DNA of 60,258 nt from assembly GCA_036558345.1 (NCBI GenBank), contig DATBFV010000215.1, positions 1 to 60,258 on the forward strand, read 5' to 3'. Source of the stretch: Gemmatimonadales bacterium. Lineage in GTDB: Bacteria > Gemmatimonadota > Gemmatimonadetes > Gemmatimonadales > GWC2-71-9. Position 1 is the first letter of the stretch. Each line of letters opens with the position of its first letter. The notes under the pieces were generated by a model, which made no database searches, was not told the origin of the DNA, and was given only the letters and a program-made list of their open reading frames with translations. This document shows, piece after piece, positions 1-8,728 of the stretch. The position numbers and the translations under genes were made by a program.

Positions 1-224
1 TAATTCATGCACGGGTAGGTCTGCTGGTCTGAGACGAGAAGGAGAACCTGACGCGGCCCAGCGCTCACGGGAGCATAGTGCACGACGAACACCAGTTGTA
101 ACTGAGTGCCTTCAGGGCCGGGAAACATCCGGCAGGAGAAATAGTTGCCGTGCACATTTGTTCGTACGCTGGTCTGCAGCATCAACAGCGAGAGCAGAGG
201 GACCACCATGAGCGTGCGGCGCAT
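1..224 (-). CDS. hypothetical secreted protein, N-terminal part only (continues past left edge)
   Basis: Hand translation from the ATG at 224-222 is open to position 1 with no stop: MRRTLMVVPLLSLLMLQTSVRTNVHGNYFSCRMFPGPEGTQLQLVFVVHYAP... The N-terminus is signal-like. It is absent from the ORF track because it has no stop in the window. No family recognised and no clear SD. Confidence 0.3.
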   Translation of the reverse strand, partial: MRRTLMVVPLLSLLMLQTSVRTNVHGNYFSCRMFPGPEGTQLQLVFVVHYAPVSAGPRQVLLLVSDQQTYPCMN

Positions 225-288
225 CAGGATGAATTTGCGCCGCCCCGTCAGGCGATGCCGTAATCCTTAGGGGCGTTACCTTACCGCG

Positions 289-1308
289 ATGCGCCTGGCC
301 CTTCTCCCCCACACCCGTTGGGGGCGGATCCGCATGCTCCTGATCGCCAGCATTTTGCCAATCTTCTTTCTCGTCATTTGGCTCTTTACGGTCAAGATGC
401 CGGGCCCGTCGTTCTCCGGCCCGCTCCCACCGCTTACGCCGAACCAGGCGCAGCTGCGCGATGAGCTCAAGCGCCATGTGACCGCGCTCGCGCACGACAT
501 CGGCGTGCGGTCGGACGACGAATACGCCAATGTCGGGCGCGCCGCACAATACATCGACCGCACGCTCACCGCGCTCGGCTACCAGGTCGTGTCGCAGGAG
601 TACTCGGCGTACGGCCGGACGTACCGCAACATCGAGGCGACCCTGCGCGGCACCAATCGCCCCCAGGACGTCGTCATCCTCGGCGCGCATTACGACAGCG
701 CCGAGCGGGCGCCCGGCGCTGACGACAACGCGAGCGGCGTCGCCGGCGTGCTCGCCCTAGCGCGTGTGTTCGCGCAGGAGCGCCAGACGCGAAGCATCCG
801 CTTCGTGTTCTTCCCGAACGAGGAGCCACCGTCGTTTCCGACCGCTAACATGGGAAGCCGCCACTACGCAACGGACGCGCGGGCGCGAAACGACCAGATC
901 GTGGCGATGCTGTCGATCGAGTCCATCGGCTACTTCGACACGGACAAGGGAAGCCAGCGCTACCCGTTTCCGCTGAACCTCGCCTATCCCGACGTCGGCG
1001 ACTTCATCGGCTTCGTGTCGAACCTGAGCTCTCGGTCGCTCCTGCATCGCGCGATTGGCGCGTTTCGCACGCATGCCACCCTTCCCACACAGGGCGCCGC
1101 GGCACCGTCGTGGGTGCCCGGCGTCTGGTGGTCGGATCACTGGTCATTTTGGAGAGAGGGTTATCCGGCGCTCATGATCACCGACACGGCGCCGTACCGA
1201 AATCCGTTCTACCACACGCCAGAGGACACGCCGGACAAGCTCGATTACGACCGCATGACCCGCGTGGTGCACGGCCTCACGCACGTCGTCCGAGCGGTTG
1301 CGAATTAG
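289..1308 (+). CDS. M28-family zinc aminopeptidase, membrane-anchored/secreted
   Basis: 339-aa ORF with a hydrophobic N-terminus LLIASILPIFFLVIWLF. Metal-ligand blocks GAHYDS, GADDNASGVAGVLALARVF, FFPNEEPP and SDHWSF are typical of peptidase M28. Confidence 0.85.
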   Translation: MRLALLPHTRWGRIRMLLIASILPIFFLVIWLFTVKMPGPSFSGPLPPLTPNQAQLRDELKRHVTALAHDIGVRSDDEYANVGRAAQYIDRTLTALGYQVVSQEYSAYGRTYRNIEATLRGTNRPQDVVILGAHYDSAERAPGADDNASGVAGVLALARVFAQERQTRSIRFVFFPNEEPPSFPTANMGSRHYATDARARNDQIVAMLSIESIGYFDTDKGSQRYPFPLNLAYPDVGDFIGFVSNLSSRSLLHRAIGAFRTHATLPTQGAAAPSWVPGVWWSDHWSFWREGYPALMITDTAPYRNPFYHTPEDTPDKLDYDRMTRVVHGLTHVVRAVAN

Positions 1309-1961
1309 CTGATCGCGAACGCGCGGACGGGGAAGCTGCCCATTCCTTTGACACGCGGCGGGACCGCAAAGAATCGGAAGCCGCTCTCGGGCAGCGCGCC
1401 CAGGTTGGTCATGTGCTCGACGATCGCAACCCCCGCGCCGAGCAAGATCGTATGCGCGGGACGGGTACCGTCCTTATCATCGTCGATATTGAACGAGTCG
1501 ATCCCGACGAGTGCCGCGCCGGACTTCACGAGATACTCCGCGGCATCCTTCGTGAGAAAAGGATGCTGTCCGGACGAGTAGGTGTCGGTGCGCCAATGCT
1601 TGTCCCAGCCGCAGTGCACCAGTACCGCCTTCCCTTTCACCTCCTGGTCCGCAAACCGCGCCCGTTCGATCGGGCGACCGGCGCCGCTCACGCGGATCAC
1701 GATGCCCGGAAGATCGGCGACTGCGTCGAGTGTGTAGCCGGCGATGTCGCGGCCGTCGGCGAAACGATGAAACGGGGAATCGATGTAGGTGCCAGTATTG
1801 GCGACGAGCTCCATCTTGCCGATCTGAAAGGTCGTTCCCGATTCGTAACGCGTCTTGGAAGCGTCGCGTGAGAGCCAGTCGCTGATCGTGGGCGCCGGCA
1901 GACCACGATAGGTCACCATGCCATGCTCGATCTCATGACTCAGGTCGATCAGGCGGGCCAT
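1305..1961 (-). CDS. cyclase-family protein (kynurenine formamidase-like fold)
   Basis: 218 aa. It shows DLSHEIEHGMVTY..., GTYIDSPFH and LVHCGWDKHW patterns of the putative-cyclase family. It overlaps the upstream TetR gene by 13 nt. Confidence 0.75.
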   Translation of the reverse strand: MARLIDLSHEIEHGMVTYRGLPAPTISDWLSRDASKTRYESGTTFQIGKMELVANTGTYIDSPFHRFADGRDIAGYTLDAVADLPGIVIRVSGAGRPIERARFADQEVKGKAVLVHCGWDKHWRTDTYSSGQHPFLTKDAAEYLVKSGAALVGIDSFNIDDDKDGTRPAHTILLGAGVAIVEHMTNLGALPESGFRFFAVPPRVKGMGSFPVRAFAIS

Positions 1962-2341
1962 ATCCGCGCGAATGCCTTGAGGAGATGGCTCTCAGCAGTC
2001 GTACCGTCGGGTGCTTCGGACAGGACCGTGGCAAGGCGTCGCCGCAGCAGCGGATCTCGCGTTGCCTGGGCGGCAAAATGAACGGTGAGCGGAATGAACC
2101 ACGGCGCCTGTCGCGCCCCCGAGCCAGCGCGCGCGACGGCTGCGTACTGCTCGAACAGGGCAAGCAGAAAAGCGCCTTTGGACGGGAAGTGACGGTAGAT
2201 GGCGCCCTTGGTGAAGCCAGCGGCCAGGGCCACCTCATCCAGGGTTGCGAGCTCGAATCCCTTGTCGGCGAAAAGCTCCAGGCCGGCCGCGACCAGCATT
2301 CCCCGAGTCTCGGCTTTGCGCCGCTGGTGTATGATTCCCAC
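1949..2341 (-). CDS. TetR/AcrR-family transcriptional regulator (short, 130 aa)
   Basis: The N-terminal HTH ATLDEVALAAGFTKGAIYRHFPSKGAFLLALF is the TetR signature. GTG start at 2341. Confidence 0.85.
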   Translation of the reverse strand: MGIIHQRRKAETRGMLVAAGLELFADKGFELATLDEVALAAGFTKGAIYRHFPSKGAFLLALFEQYAAVARAGSGARQAPWFIPLTVHFAAQATRDPLLRRRLATVLSEAPDGTTAESHLLKAFARIWPA

Positions 2342-2342
2342 G

Positions 2343-2463
2343 GGTATCTAGGATACTCGTCGGCACCATTCACGCAAGATTTCCGAGCTGCGAGGAGTCT
2401 TGTGTAGATACCAGCGGGTATCACAGATACCAGATGGTCCCTTGACTGAGCTAACTGTCAGTC
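2343..2463. promoter_or_regulatory. candidate operator sites in the TetR-ferredoxin divergent spacer
   Basis: Four elements: GGTATC-tag-GATACt at 2343-2357, abutting the TetR start; GATACC-agcg-GGTATC at 2407-2422, with perfect 6-bp arms; an extra GATACC at 2426-2431; and GACTGA-N8-TCAGTC at 2444-2463, overlapping a TTGACT -35-like hexamer (2442-2447). Confidence 0.35.
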
Positions 2464-2518
2464 TAGGTTTGCCATTCGCCCGCTCTGGTCGCCTTTGCTT
2501 TCGTGCCCAGGAGAAGGA

Positions 2519-2791
2519 ATGCCGTACATCATCGCCGAGCCGTGCATAAACGTCAAAGACCGCTCCTGCGTGGACGTATGTCCGGTCGATTGCATCTACG
2601 AAGGGCCGGACATGCTCTATATCCACCCGGACGAATGCATCGACTGCGGCGCCTGCGAGCCGGAATGCCCCGTCACGGCCATCTTCCCCGAGGAAGACAC
2701 GCCTCCTCAATGGAAGGACTACATCGCCAAGAACCGCGACGTCTTCCAGAGCGACAATCCGCCTGGCAAACCGCAGCGCAAGGGCTCCTAG
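2519..2791 (+). CDS. fdxA: 7Fe-type ferredoxin ([3Fe-4S][4Fe-4S])
   Basis: [29 protein letters not shown]...[18 protein letters not shown] has the Cys spacing of FdxA-type ferredoxins. ATG at 2519 is preceded by GGAGAAGGA. The upstream part of the track ORF (2495) was not used. Confidence 0.9.
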   Translation: MPYIIAEPCINVKDRSCVDVCPVDCIYEGPDMLYIHPDECIDCGACEPECPVTAIFPEEDTPPQWKDYIAKNRDVFQSDNPPGKPQRKGS

Positions 2792-3525
2792 TCCAGCTTT
2801 TCGAGGAACGCCGCGAGGGCCTCATTCACCTTCGACGGCTGCTCGACCGGCGTCAGATGGCCCGCGGCCGGAATAAGCACGAACTCGGCGCCTGGAATTG
2901 CATCAGCCATATCCCGCATGCCGGCCGCAGGCGCGATCTGATCGTCTTCCCCCGCCACCACCAGAACCGGGAACTGAATTCGCGATAGAAGGGGCGTCGA
3001 GTCGGGACGCTCGCGCAACGCATGCAGCGCGCCGACAATCCCGGCGACCGGTTGACGCTCGATCATCTCCGTGATTTCCCGGACGACATCGTCCCGCTGC
3101 TCTCGTGCAAGCAGCTTCGGGACCAGCTCGGCAGCAACCGCCGCCGCGCCCTCGCGCTGCGCCGTTGCCGCGAGTGCATCGCGACCGCGTTTGGCCTCCG
3201 GTGTGTCGGCCGCAGCCTTCGTGTTACACAGGATCGCGGCGCGCACACGATGGGGGTGCCGGCGCAGCAGCTCGAAGATGATGTACCCGCCCATGGAGAG
3301 GCCACACATGACCGCCTGGCGAATCTGCGCGCGGTCGAGCAACGCGACGAGATCGTCGGCATAGGTGGTCATCGTATATGCGCTCGGCGCGCTCGGAACC
3401 TCCGCCGAACGCGCGCCGCGCAAGTCCGGCGCGATACATTGCCACCGCGCCAATCCGGAGAGCTGGTGACGCCACATCCGGTGATCGAACGGGAATCCGT
3501 GGATGAACAGAATGGCCGTCGTCAT
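2788..3525 (-). CDS. alpha/beta-fold hydrolase
   Basis: [13 protein letters not shown] and the nucleophile elbow GLSMGGY, with a C-terminal GH. The start MTTAILF at 3525 overlaps the upstream stop (ATGA). Confidence 0.8.
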   Translation of the reverse strand: MTTAILFIHGFPFDHRMWRHQLSGLARWQCIAPDLRGARSAEVPSAPSAYTMTTYADDLVALLDRAQIRQAVMCGLSMGGYIIFELLRRHPHRVRAAILCNTKAAADTPEAKRGRDALAATAQREGAAAVAAELVPKLLAREQRDDVVREITEMIERQPVAGIVGALHALRERPDSTPLLSRIQFPVLVVAGEDDQIAPAAGMRDMADAIPGAEFVLIPAAGHLTPVEQPSKVNEALAAFLEKLD

Positions 3526-4487
3526 GGCCAAGCGAAGGTATGCCAGAACACCGCGCGTTGCACATTCACGTCGGCACGACTCAAGAAACATCCAAACGCT
3601 TTTGCGCCGTACGTTGGATCGAGGCGGAGTCCGTGCTCGCCAGCTAACGCTCGCGCGCGCTCACCTTCAGGCGTCGGATGACCGTATCCTCGTCCCAGGG
3701 CATCGACCACGCGTACGCGGATTGCCGATCGTGGAACACTGAACTCGAGTCCGGCCTGCCTCACTAACGCAGCTGCGCGTCGAGCAAGCCGCAGCGTTCG
3801 CCACCGGTTCGCGACGATGCGCGACGCCACGCGCACACCGATGACGTCCGTTCTCCAACCGAGCCACGCGACGGCGAGAGCGATGCCGGCCGCCGTGCTG
3901 CCGGTGCCGAGCGGCAGGACGATGGCGTCGGGCGGTGTGTCGAGCTGCGTTCCCAATTCGAGTCCGGCGAGAAGATGTCCGAGCACCGCGCGTGGATCCG
4001 CGCCCCCGCCGGGAATCCAGCGCGGCTTTCCCGCGCCGATGTGGCGCGCGGCGCGCCACGCGCGTATCACGGTCCACGGAAGTGTGACGAAGCTCGACGC
4101 GCGCACGACGAGGCGCGCCGTGTCGTCGATCGCGCGGCCCACCGCGCGGCTGGCGTCGGTCTCGGGTTGCGGGAACAGCACGGCGGCCGCCCGGTGACCC
4201 AACGCCTGCGTCGCGCGAGCCGTCGCGAGACAATGACTCGACCCCGCGCCGCCGATCGTCACGAACACCGAGCGCGGTGGCGCGCCGGCAAGCAGAAACT
4301 CGAGTCCACGCACTTTGTTGCCGCCGCCCAGGTCTTCCCGCTTGAGCCAGAGGGCCTCGAGACCGAGCGCGCGTGCAAGGTCGGCGCGCGCCTCGAGCGG
4401 CGTCGGCCAGTCGCCGAGACTGCACGGCGCGAACGCGATACGTATCTTTGTGGCCAACACTGCGGAGCGATCCATGCGAGTTGCCAC
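3522..4487 (-). CDS. PLP-dependent ACC deaminase / D-cysteine desulfhydrase family protein
   Basis: WLKREDLGGGNKVRGLEFLL carries the PLP-lysine motif, followed by TIGGAGSSH. The start is uncertain: GTG at 4487 or ATG at 4475. Confidence 0.75.
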   Translation of the reverse strand: MATRMDRSAVLATKIRIAFAPCSLGDWPTPLEARADLARALGLEALWLKREDLGGGNKVRGLEFLLAGAPPRSVFVTIGGAGSSHCLATARATQALGHRAAAVLFPQPETDASRAVGRAIDDTARLVVRASSFVTLPWTVIRAWRAARHIGAGKPRWIPGGGADPRAVLGHLLAGLELGTQLDTPPDAIVLPLGTGSTAAGIALAVAWLGWRTDVIGVRVASRIVANRWRTLRLARRAAALVRQAGLEFSVPRSAIRVRVVDALGRGYGHPTPEGERARALAGEHGLRLDPTYGAKAFGCFLSRADVNVQRAVFWHTFAWP

Positions 4488-4647
4488 CGATTACATCCGT
4501 CATGCGGCGCGAATGGCCCGCAAATATGCGGGCGATCCGTTCGGCGGAGCCCCATCCGAAGCTCCCGATGCGGAATTCTACAAGACTCTGGCGAAGGCGC
4601 TCGAAGAAATTGCCGCGGGGATGGAGGCGCTCGGGAAAGAGGAGTGA
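4474..4647 (+). CDS. small hypothetical protein (57 aa)
   Basis: MRVATDYIRHAARMARKYAGDPFGGAPSEAPDAEFYKTLAKALEEIAAGMEALGKEE. Its stop overlaps the rnd GTG start (GTGA). No family recognised. Confidence 0.4.
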   Translation: MRVATDYIRHAARMARKYAGDPFGGAPSEAPDAEFYKTLAKALEEIAAGMEALGKEE

Positions 4648-5783
4648 GCGCGCCACTCTACATCGATACCGCGCCCGAGCTCGACGCGTTCGTCGCCAGC
4701 GTCCATCGGGTTGGCGAGTCGCGGCTCGCCGTCGACACTGAGGCGGCCAGCTTTCACCGGTATCGCGACCGCATCTATCTCGTCCAGATTTCGAGCCCGA
4801 CCCAGACGGCGCTCATCGATCCCGTCGCTATCCCGAATCTCGAGCCGGTCGGCAGCCTGCTTGCCGATCCACAGCTCGAAAAAGCATTCCACGACGCCGA
4901 CTACGACCTCCGCGTCCTCGACCGGGACTACGCGTTTCGTGCCGTCCGACTGTTCGACACCCGGATTGCCGCTCAGCTGGCGGGTGAACCGGCCATCGGC
5001 TTGGCGGCGCTGCTGGAAAAGTACGTCGGGGTGAAGCTCGACAAGCAACACCAGAAGGCGGACTGGTCCATTCGCCCCCTGACGCCGTCAATGCTGGCCT
5101 ATGCGGCGGCCGACACGCGATATCTGCTCGCGTTGCGGGACGCCTTGGAGCAGCAGCTGCGCACGTTGGGCCGTCTCAGCTGGGCGCACGAGGAGTTCAA
5201 GCAGCTGGAGTCGTTGCGCTGGACCGGCACTGCGCCGGGTTCGGATGACGACAGTTACCTGCGACTGAAGGGCGCGAAAGGACTGGGCCCGCGCGGTCTC
5301 GCCGCCCTACGACTGTTACATCGCTGGCGGGATACTGTCGCCGCGCGCGACGACAAGGCGCCGTTCCGAATCATCGGCAACGACGCCTTGGTTGCGCTCA
5401 GCCGCGCGATGCCGACCACTCGCGCGGACCTCGGCAACATCCGCGAGCTTCCCAACTCGCTCGCGCGGCGCCACGGCGACGCACTGCTGGAGACGCTTAC
5501 CCGCGCGAAGACTCTACCCGAGGGTGAATTGCCTCGACTCACTCGCGCACCGCGCCTCGCGAAGGATCCTGGTTTCGATGCGCGGCTCGAGCTGCTCAAG
5601 ACGGCGCGCAATCGTATCGCGACAGAGCTCGGACTCGAACCGGGAGTGCTCGGTGGACGCGGAATGCTGGAAGCAGTCGCCCGGGCTCGACCAACGAATC
5701 GCGCCGGGCTCGAGCAGATCGGCGAGCTCCGGCGCTGGCAAATCGAGGTGCTGGGAGACGCGTTTCTCGAGGCCCTGCGCTAG
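4644..5783 (+). CDS. rnd: ribonuclease D
   Basis: DEDD 3'-5' exonuclease motifs LAVDTEA, FHDADYDL and YAAADTRYL, plus an HRDC-like segment LRLLHRWRDTVAARDDKAPFRIIGNDAL. The start was chosen at GTG 4644. The 223 codons upstream in the track ORF are R/A-rich and antisense to a real gene. Confidence 0.85.
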   Translation: MSAPLYIDTAPELDAFVASVHRVGESRLAVDTEAASFHRYRDRIYLVQISSPTQTALIDPVAIPNLEPVGSLLADPQLEKAFHDADYDLRVLDRDYAFRAVRLFDTRIAAQLAGEPAIGLAALLEKYVGVKLDKQHQKADWSIRPLTPSMLAYAAADTRYLLALRDALEQQLRTLGRLSWAHEEFKQLESLRWTGTAPGSDDDSYLRLKGAKGLGPRGLAALRLLHRWRDTVAARDDKAPFRIIGNDALVALSRAMPTTRADLGNIRELPNSLARRHGDALLETLTRAKTLPEGELPRLTRAPRLAKDPGFDARLELLKTARNRIATELGLEPGVLGGRGMLEAVARARPTNRAGLEQIGELRRWQIEVLGDAFLEALR

Positions 5784-6088
5784 AACCCCATCATCGCGCG
5801 AATCTTCGGATCGATGCGCTCCGGGGTCCAGTACGGCTCCCACACGATGTCGATGTCGACATCCTTCACGCCTTCGAGCGCACGCACGACTTTGTAAATG
5901 TCATTGGTGATCATGGGTCCCGCCGGACATCCAGGCGACGTCAGCGTCATGTTGATGCGGACGAGCCCCTCATCGACCTCCACGTCGTACACGAGCCCGA
6001 GGTCGACGATGTTCATGTCGAGCTCGGGATCTTTCACCTGGCGTAATGCCTGGCGGACCGTATCAGCACTGAGGACAGCAGTCGTCAC
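5780..6088 (-). CDS. DUF59 / MIP18-SufT-like metal-sulfur cluster assembly factor
   Basis: VKDPELDMNIVDLGLVYDV...MTLTSPGCPAGPMI. GTG start at 6088 follows GGAGGAG after an 8-nt spacer. Confidence 0.8.
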   Translation of the reverse strand: MTTAVLSADTVRQALRQVKDPELDMNIVDLGLVYDVEVDEGLVRINMTLTSPGCPAGPMITNDIYKVVRALEGVKDVDIDIVWEPYWTPERIDPKIRAMMGF

Positions 6089-6110
6089 AGCGGTATCTCC
6101 TCCAGCGAAC

Positions 6111-6488
6111 CTAGCGACCTGGGATACCCCGCACCAGACAGCGGCGGCGCAGCGCGATCCAGGCGTAGATCCGGCGGGCGAGTGGCAACGCGCCCGGGAT
6201 GTGAAATAGCGGCGCGATCCACCGCTTTCCGGGAAACAGCCGGAGCAGCTCGGGTACCGCATCCGCACCGGCGTACACGCGACCGTCGGGCAGAATCAGA
6301 TGCATCGCAGCGGCGAGCGCCGGCAATGCGATGCCGAAGCGCGCTACTCGGGTCGCGTCCTGGAACGGCACGAACCGCAGCACGTGTTCCCGGTCCCAGC
6401 GCTGCAGGAGTGCGACGGCTTGCCGACACATCCCGCATTCTCCGTCATAGATCAGCGTGTGATCAGTGCGCAGTGGTGCCGAGGCCAT
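6111..6488 (-). CDS. DCC-family thiol-disulfide oxidoreductase (DUF393)
   Basis: LIYDGECGMCRQAV carries the CxxC motif, and the 125-aa size fits the family. Confidence 0.75.
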   Translation of the reverse strand: MASAPLRTDHTLIYDGECGMCRQAVALLQRWDREHVLRFVPFQDATRVARFGIALPALAAAMHLILPDGRVYAGADAVPELLRLFPGKRWIAPLFHIPGALPLARRIYAWIALRRRCLVRGIPGR

Positions 6489-7638
6489 CGACGGCGCGCG
6501 CGGCGGCGTCGGCCACGCGCGCGCGAACCTCTTTCAGTTTGGTGAACGAATGACCCGTCCTCGGGTCGAACGCGCGATTGGTGAGCAGCAGCACAAAGAC
6601 GTCACGATCGGGATCGATCCACAGGGACGTGCCCGTCCACCCGGTGTGACCATAACTGCGCGGGCCGAACAGCGTCCCCGCACTCGATGTCTCTTCGCCA
6701 GTCGGCAGCGCCTCCCATCCCAGCGTGCGGGCGCTCACGATGCCGCGACGACCGCGCACGGCGATCTGCGTGAACTGCTGCACAGTCTCTTGCCTCAGCA
6801 ATCGCGGATGACCGGGTAACGCACCCTCGTTGAGCATGAACTGCGCGAATCGTCCGACGCCGCGCGCCGTCGCGAACAGTCCGGCATTCCCCGACACGCC
6901 GCCGAGCATACCCGCGCTCGGGTCATTGACGACGCCGGCGATGGGATGCCCGCGCCAGAGTCCCGTCGGCGCAGTCCGTTTTTCCAGACGTTTGGCCGGA
7001 CGAAACAGCAGGTCCTGCTCGAGACCGAGCGGCGTGTAGATGGCACGCGTCGCAAAGACATCGAGTGGCGCGCCACTCACGCGGCGCACGATCTCGCCCA
7101 ACAGAATCGCGTTGAGATCCGAATACACCATCTGCTTTCCGGGCGGCGCGATCGGAACCGTTGTCAGCACCATCAGCAACGCGGCCGCGCTATCCGCCGC
7201 CTCGCGCAACGGCAGTGTCGCGCGCAACCCGGAGGTGTGCGTCAGGAGATGTCGCACCGTGATCGCCGCGGTGCCGGGACTGTTGAACTCCCGGATGTAG
7301 CGCACGACGGGTGAGTCCAGGGCAACTTTGCTTTGCTCGACCAGCAGCATCATCGCGGGCGTCGTGGCCATTACCTTAGTCAGCGACGCCAGATCCCAGA
7401 GCGTGCTATCGACGCTGACCGCGGCACTGCCGGAGTTCCAGGTGAAGTGTCCGTAGCCCTTGGCGAACAGGACCGTGTCGTGCCGGCCGATCACGAGCGC
7501 GGCGCCAGGGTAGACGCCCTGGCGGATGCCAGCCAGGACGGCGGAGTCGAGCGCGGTCGAGTCTACGGCTGGACCGACCCCCGAGCCGTGCGCCGGGGCA
7601 GAGGCCTGCATCAACGCCAGGAGGAGCGTTACGACCAA
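6463..7638 (-). CDS. secreted serine hydrolase (beta-lactamase/esterase family)
   Basis: S-x-x-K as ASLTK, then YSDLN and HTGWTG motifs, with a signal-like N-terminus. I place the start at TTG 7638 (or ATG 7611). The longer track ORF would overlap the upstream gene extensively. Confidence 0.8.
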   Translation of the reverse strand: MVVTLLLALMQASAPAHGSGVGPAVDSTALDSAVLAGIRQGVYPGAALVIGRHDTVLFAKGYGHFTWNSGSAAVSVDSTLWDLASLTKVMATTPAMMLLVEQSKVALDSPVVRYIREFNSPGTAAITVRHLLTHTSGLRATLPLREAADSAAALLMVLTTVPIAPPGKQMVYSDLNAILLGEIVRRVSGAPLDVFATRAIYTPLGLEQDLLFRPAKRLEKRTAPTGLWRGHPIAGVVNDPSAGMLGGVSGNAGLFATARGVGRFAQFMLNEGALPGHPRLLRQETVQQFTQIAVRGRRGIVSARTLGWEALPTGEETSSAGTLFGPRSYGHTGWTGTSLWIDPDRDVFVLLLTNRAFDPRTGHSFTKLKEVRARVADAAARAVDGLGTTAH

Positions 7639-8702
7639 ATGCCCGGAATCCGCCGGCTGCAGGAGGGACAGCGCCCGTCGACTCCGACGCGCTGCTGTTT
7701 GATGACGTAACCGGAGCGCTCGATGAGGAGATCCCCGCAATCGGGGCAATAGGTGTGTTCCCAGCGACCGACGCGCCCGGGAAGATTGCCGGCATAGACG
7801 AACTTCAGCCCCGTCCGGGCACCGATCTCGCAGGCCCGCAGCAGCGTCGCTGCCGGTGTGTTCTCGGAGTCGGTCATCCTGTAGTCCTTGTGGAACGCCG
7901 TGACATGCCAGGGGATCTCCGGCGACACGCCCGCGATCAACTCGGCCGCCCGCGTCAGTTGCGCTTCGTCATCGTTGAAGCCGGGCACGATCAGCGTCAC
8001 GATCTCGAGCCAGAAGCCCCGCTCGTGAACCATGCGGATCGCATCGAGCACGTGTTGCAGGACGCCGCCGAGCTCGCGGTAGCGCCGATCCTCCGTCGCC
8101 TTGAGATCGATCTTGTAGCAGTCGGTCCACGGTCGGATGTAATCGAGGACCTCGGGTGTGGCGTTGCCGTTGGAGATGAACGCAGTCTTCAACCCGGCGC
8201 GCTGGGCAAGCTTGAAGACGTCCACCGCCCATTCGGCCGTAATCAACGGCTCGTTGTACGACGACCCCACCATCCGCGCGCCTTCCCGCTTAGCGAGCGC
8301 GACGAGCGCGTCAGCTGTCACGTCAGTCGGCATGACTCCAGCGCTGTCATCGCGCAGGGCCTGCGACGTCAGCCAGTTCTGGCAATACCCGCAATGGAAA
8401 TCGCAGCCGAGCATGCCGAAGGTGAGCGTGTGGCTGCCGGGAAGGCAATGGAAGAACGGTTTCTTCTCGGTGGGGTCGGACTGCAGCGCGGCGACGTAGC
8501 CTGCCGGCGCGAAGAGCGTCCCTTCCCTGTTGAAGCGAACCTTGCAGATGCCGCGCCGGCCGGGCCGCACGAGACAACGGTGACCGCAGGCCACACAGCG
8601 CACGGCACCGTCCGGGAGCGGCACGCCGAGATCCGCGACGCGGACGCGCCGGTCGAGTGTCTCCGCAAGCGACGCGGCTGGCAGGTCGGCCGGCTCGAGC
8701 AA
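7629..8702 (-). CDS. AmmeMemoRadiSam-system-type radical SAM enzyme
   Basis: VRCVACGHRCLVRPGRRGICKVRFN...DPTEKKPFFHCLPGS...GCDFHCGYCQNW (CxxxCxxC). The overall layout matches that family, which is related to PFL activases. The TTG start at 8702 is uncertain. Confidence 0.8.
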   Translation of the reverse strand: MLEPADLPAASLAETLDRRVRVADLGVPLPDGAVRCVACGHRCLVRPGRRGICKVRFNREGTLFAPAGYVAALQSDPTEKKPFFHCLPGSHTLTFGMLGCDFHCGYCQNWLTSQALRDDSAGVMPTDVTADALVALAKREGARMVGSSYNEPLITAEWAVDVFKLAQRAGLKTAFISNGNATPEVLDYIRPWTDCYKIDLKATEDRRYRELGGVLQHVLDAIRMVHERGFWLEIVTLIVPGFNDDEAQLTRAAELIAGVSPEIPWHVTAFHKDYRMTDSENTPAATLLRACEIGARTGLKFVYAGNLPGRVGRWEHTYCPDCGDLLIERSGYVIKQQRVGVDGRCPSCSRRIPGIWS

Positions 8703-8728
8703 GGTCAGGCGGCGGGCCAGAAGCGCTC

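Noticed and set aside
112-690. 192-aa minus-strand ORF overlapping the M28 peptidase start region.
   Set aside because: It is antisense to the M28 gene for most of its length and has an R/A/D-rich composition. The left-edge partial ORF in another frame (1-224) is a better, though still weak, explanation for that DNA.
3975-4643. N-terminal 223-codon extension of the rnd ORF. There are similar upstream extensions of the CBS-like (45437-45703), TonB-C (46047-46508), upp (57650-57814), NUDIX (52504-52593) and LolA-like (57492-57728) ORFs.
   Set aside because: The extensions are R-rich, overlap well-supported neighbouring genes and precede the point where family similarity begins. Internal starts give sensible signal peptides, SD sequences or stop/start coupling.
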